64,000 nt of DNA from Candidatus Doudnabacteria bacterium (GTDB taxonomy: Bacteria; Patescibacteriota; Doudnabacteria; UBA920; O2-02-FULL-48-8), in assembly GCA_019659055.1 (NCBI GenBank), contig JAIFWV010000002.1, forward strand, positions 26,047-90,046, written 5' to 3'. Of this stretch, positions 63,305 through 64,000 are shown piece by piece (the stretch's first letter is position 1; each line of letters starts with the position of its first letter). Under the pieces are notes generated by a model. The model was given only the letters and a program-made list of their open reading frames with translations, did not search any database and was not told where the DNA came from. The position numbers and the translations under genes were made by a program.

Positions 63305-64000
63305 TCACTTCCTGGCAAAGTGCCGGCCGCCGTTGTCGCGGCGCGGACCACCGTGTCCGCCGCCATCTCGTGGTGGGCGCGGGCGGTCATCGATAGTGCC
63401 GCCCTCTGGACGAGGGAGGAGAATTTTGTGCGAAAGGTTGATCCGGCCCATGTGGTCGATCTCGACAACTTTGACTTCGAGCTCGTCGCCGATTTTGACG
63501 ACGTCTTCAACTTTGCCGACGTGAGTCCAGGCCAGTTCCGAGACATGGCAGAGACCGTCTTTACCGCCGGCTAGTTCCACAAACGCGCCAAAGTCCATGA
63601 TCCGGACAACTTTGCCTTTGAAGACTTCGCCGACTTTGATGTCGCGAGTGAGATTATGGATGATCTCGAGCGCCTTCTTCATGCCTTCGGCGTTGTTGCT
63701 GGCGACCATCACCAGTCCCGAATCTTCAATATCGATCTTCACACCGGTGTCGGCAATGATTTTGTTGATAATCTTACCGCCCGAACCAATGACGTCGCGG
63801 ATTTTATCCGGATTGATCTGCATGGTTTCAATGCGGGGTGCCAGAGGTGACATTTCGGGCCGCGGGGCGGAAATAGTTTTCTTCATGACGTCGAGGATGT
63901 GCATACGTCCTTCGCGGGCTTGCGTGAGAGCTTGCTCGAGAATTTCGACAGTGAGGCCGCGGGTTTTGTTGTCCATCTGCAGGGCGGTAATTCCCTTTTC
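63305..64000 (-). CDS. pnp: polynucleotide phosphorylase, C-terminal KH + S1 domains (gene continues beyond window end)
   Basis: KH motif [13 protein letters not shown]1 domain [30 protein letters not shown], Arg/Gly-rich tail; ORF open at 64000. Confidence 0.85.
   Translation of the reverse strand, partial: EKGITALQMDNKTRGLTVEILEQALTQAREGRMHILDVMKKTISAPRPEMSPLAPRIETMQINPDKIRDVIGSGGKIINKIIADTGVKIDIEDSGLVMVASNNAEGMKKALEIIHNLTRDIKVGEVFKGKVVRIMDFGAFVELAGGKDGLCHVSELAWTHVGKVEDVVKIGDELEVKVVEIDHMGRINLSHKILLPRPEGGTIDDRPRPPRDGGGHGGPRRDNGGRHFARK

Noticed and set aside
1-64000. CRISPR arrays, rRNA genes, IS elements or transposases
   Set aside because: No regularly spaced direct repeats with unique spacers, no rRNA-like conserved blocks, and no transposase-like ORFs were seen. 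The repeated elements found are short hairpins or promoter-associated cassettes.

Overview
The window looks like a bacterial chromosomal segment, mostly minus-strand, built on a conserved translation-gene backbone. The backbone is rpsL-rpsG-fusA ... tuf-rpsJ-rplC-rplD-rplW-rplB plus leuS, metG, glyQS, tgt, glyA, pnp and rpmB. Around it sit housekeeping and envelope genes: two M50 site-2 proteases, a PAS/GAF/GGDEF/EAL signalling protein, mscL, an ABC transporter, an MFS transporter, an AI-2E transporter, nfo, tatD, tsaC, an M16 peptidase, a sortase with an LPXTG substrate, and an OMP-like barrel protein. There are also two tRNA loci: tRNA-Pro(GGG), and tRNA-Leu(CAA) with an adjacent 3'-half duplicate.

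The backbone is visibly mosaic. By eye there are several G+C-rich islets whose genes carry canonical AAGGAGG Shine-Dalgarno sequences, whereas backbone genes mostly lack them. One such islet splits fusA from tuf and carries a frameshifted gmk plus four small Cys/His-rich ORFs. Another is a small-gene block between tRNA-Pro and an orphan parB. Separately, an A+T-rich island encodes an MmeI-like Type IIL restriction-modification enzyme preceded by an overlapping pair of unknown genes, which I regard as a candidate novel defence module.

Other unusual features:
- A glycerophosphodiester phosphodiesterase gene is embedded and translationally coupled inside the S10 operon.
- A single ORF fuses G6PD to 6PGDH (zwf-gnd).
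- An ArsR-like regulator is associated with three copies of an 18-bp palindrome.
- Several repeated non-coding elements occur: a 72-nt cassette upstream of the PAP2 and tatD genes, a ~60-nt intercistronic element in the ribosomal-protein operons, a 27-nt hairpin family, and shared promoter motifs.

No CRISPR array, rRNA, integrase or transposase was seen. All compositional statements are by eye; nothing was computed.
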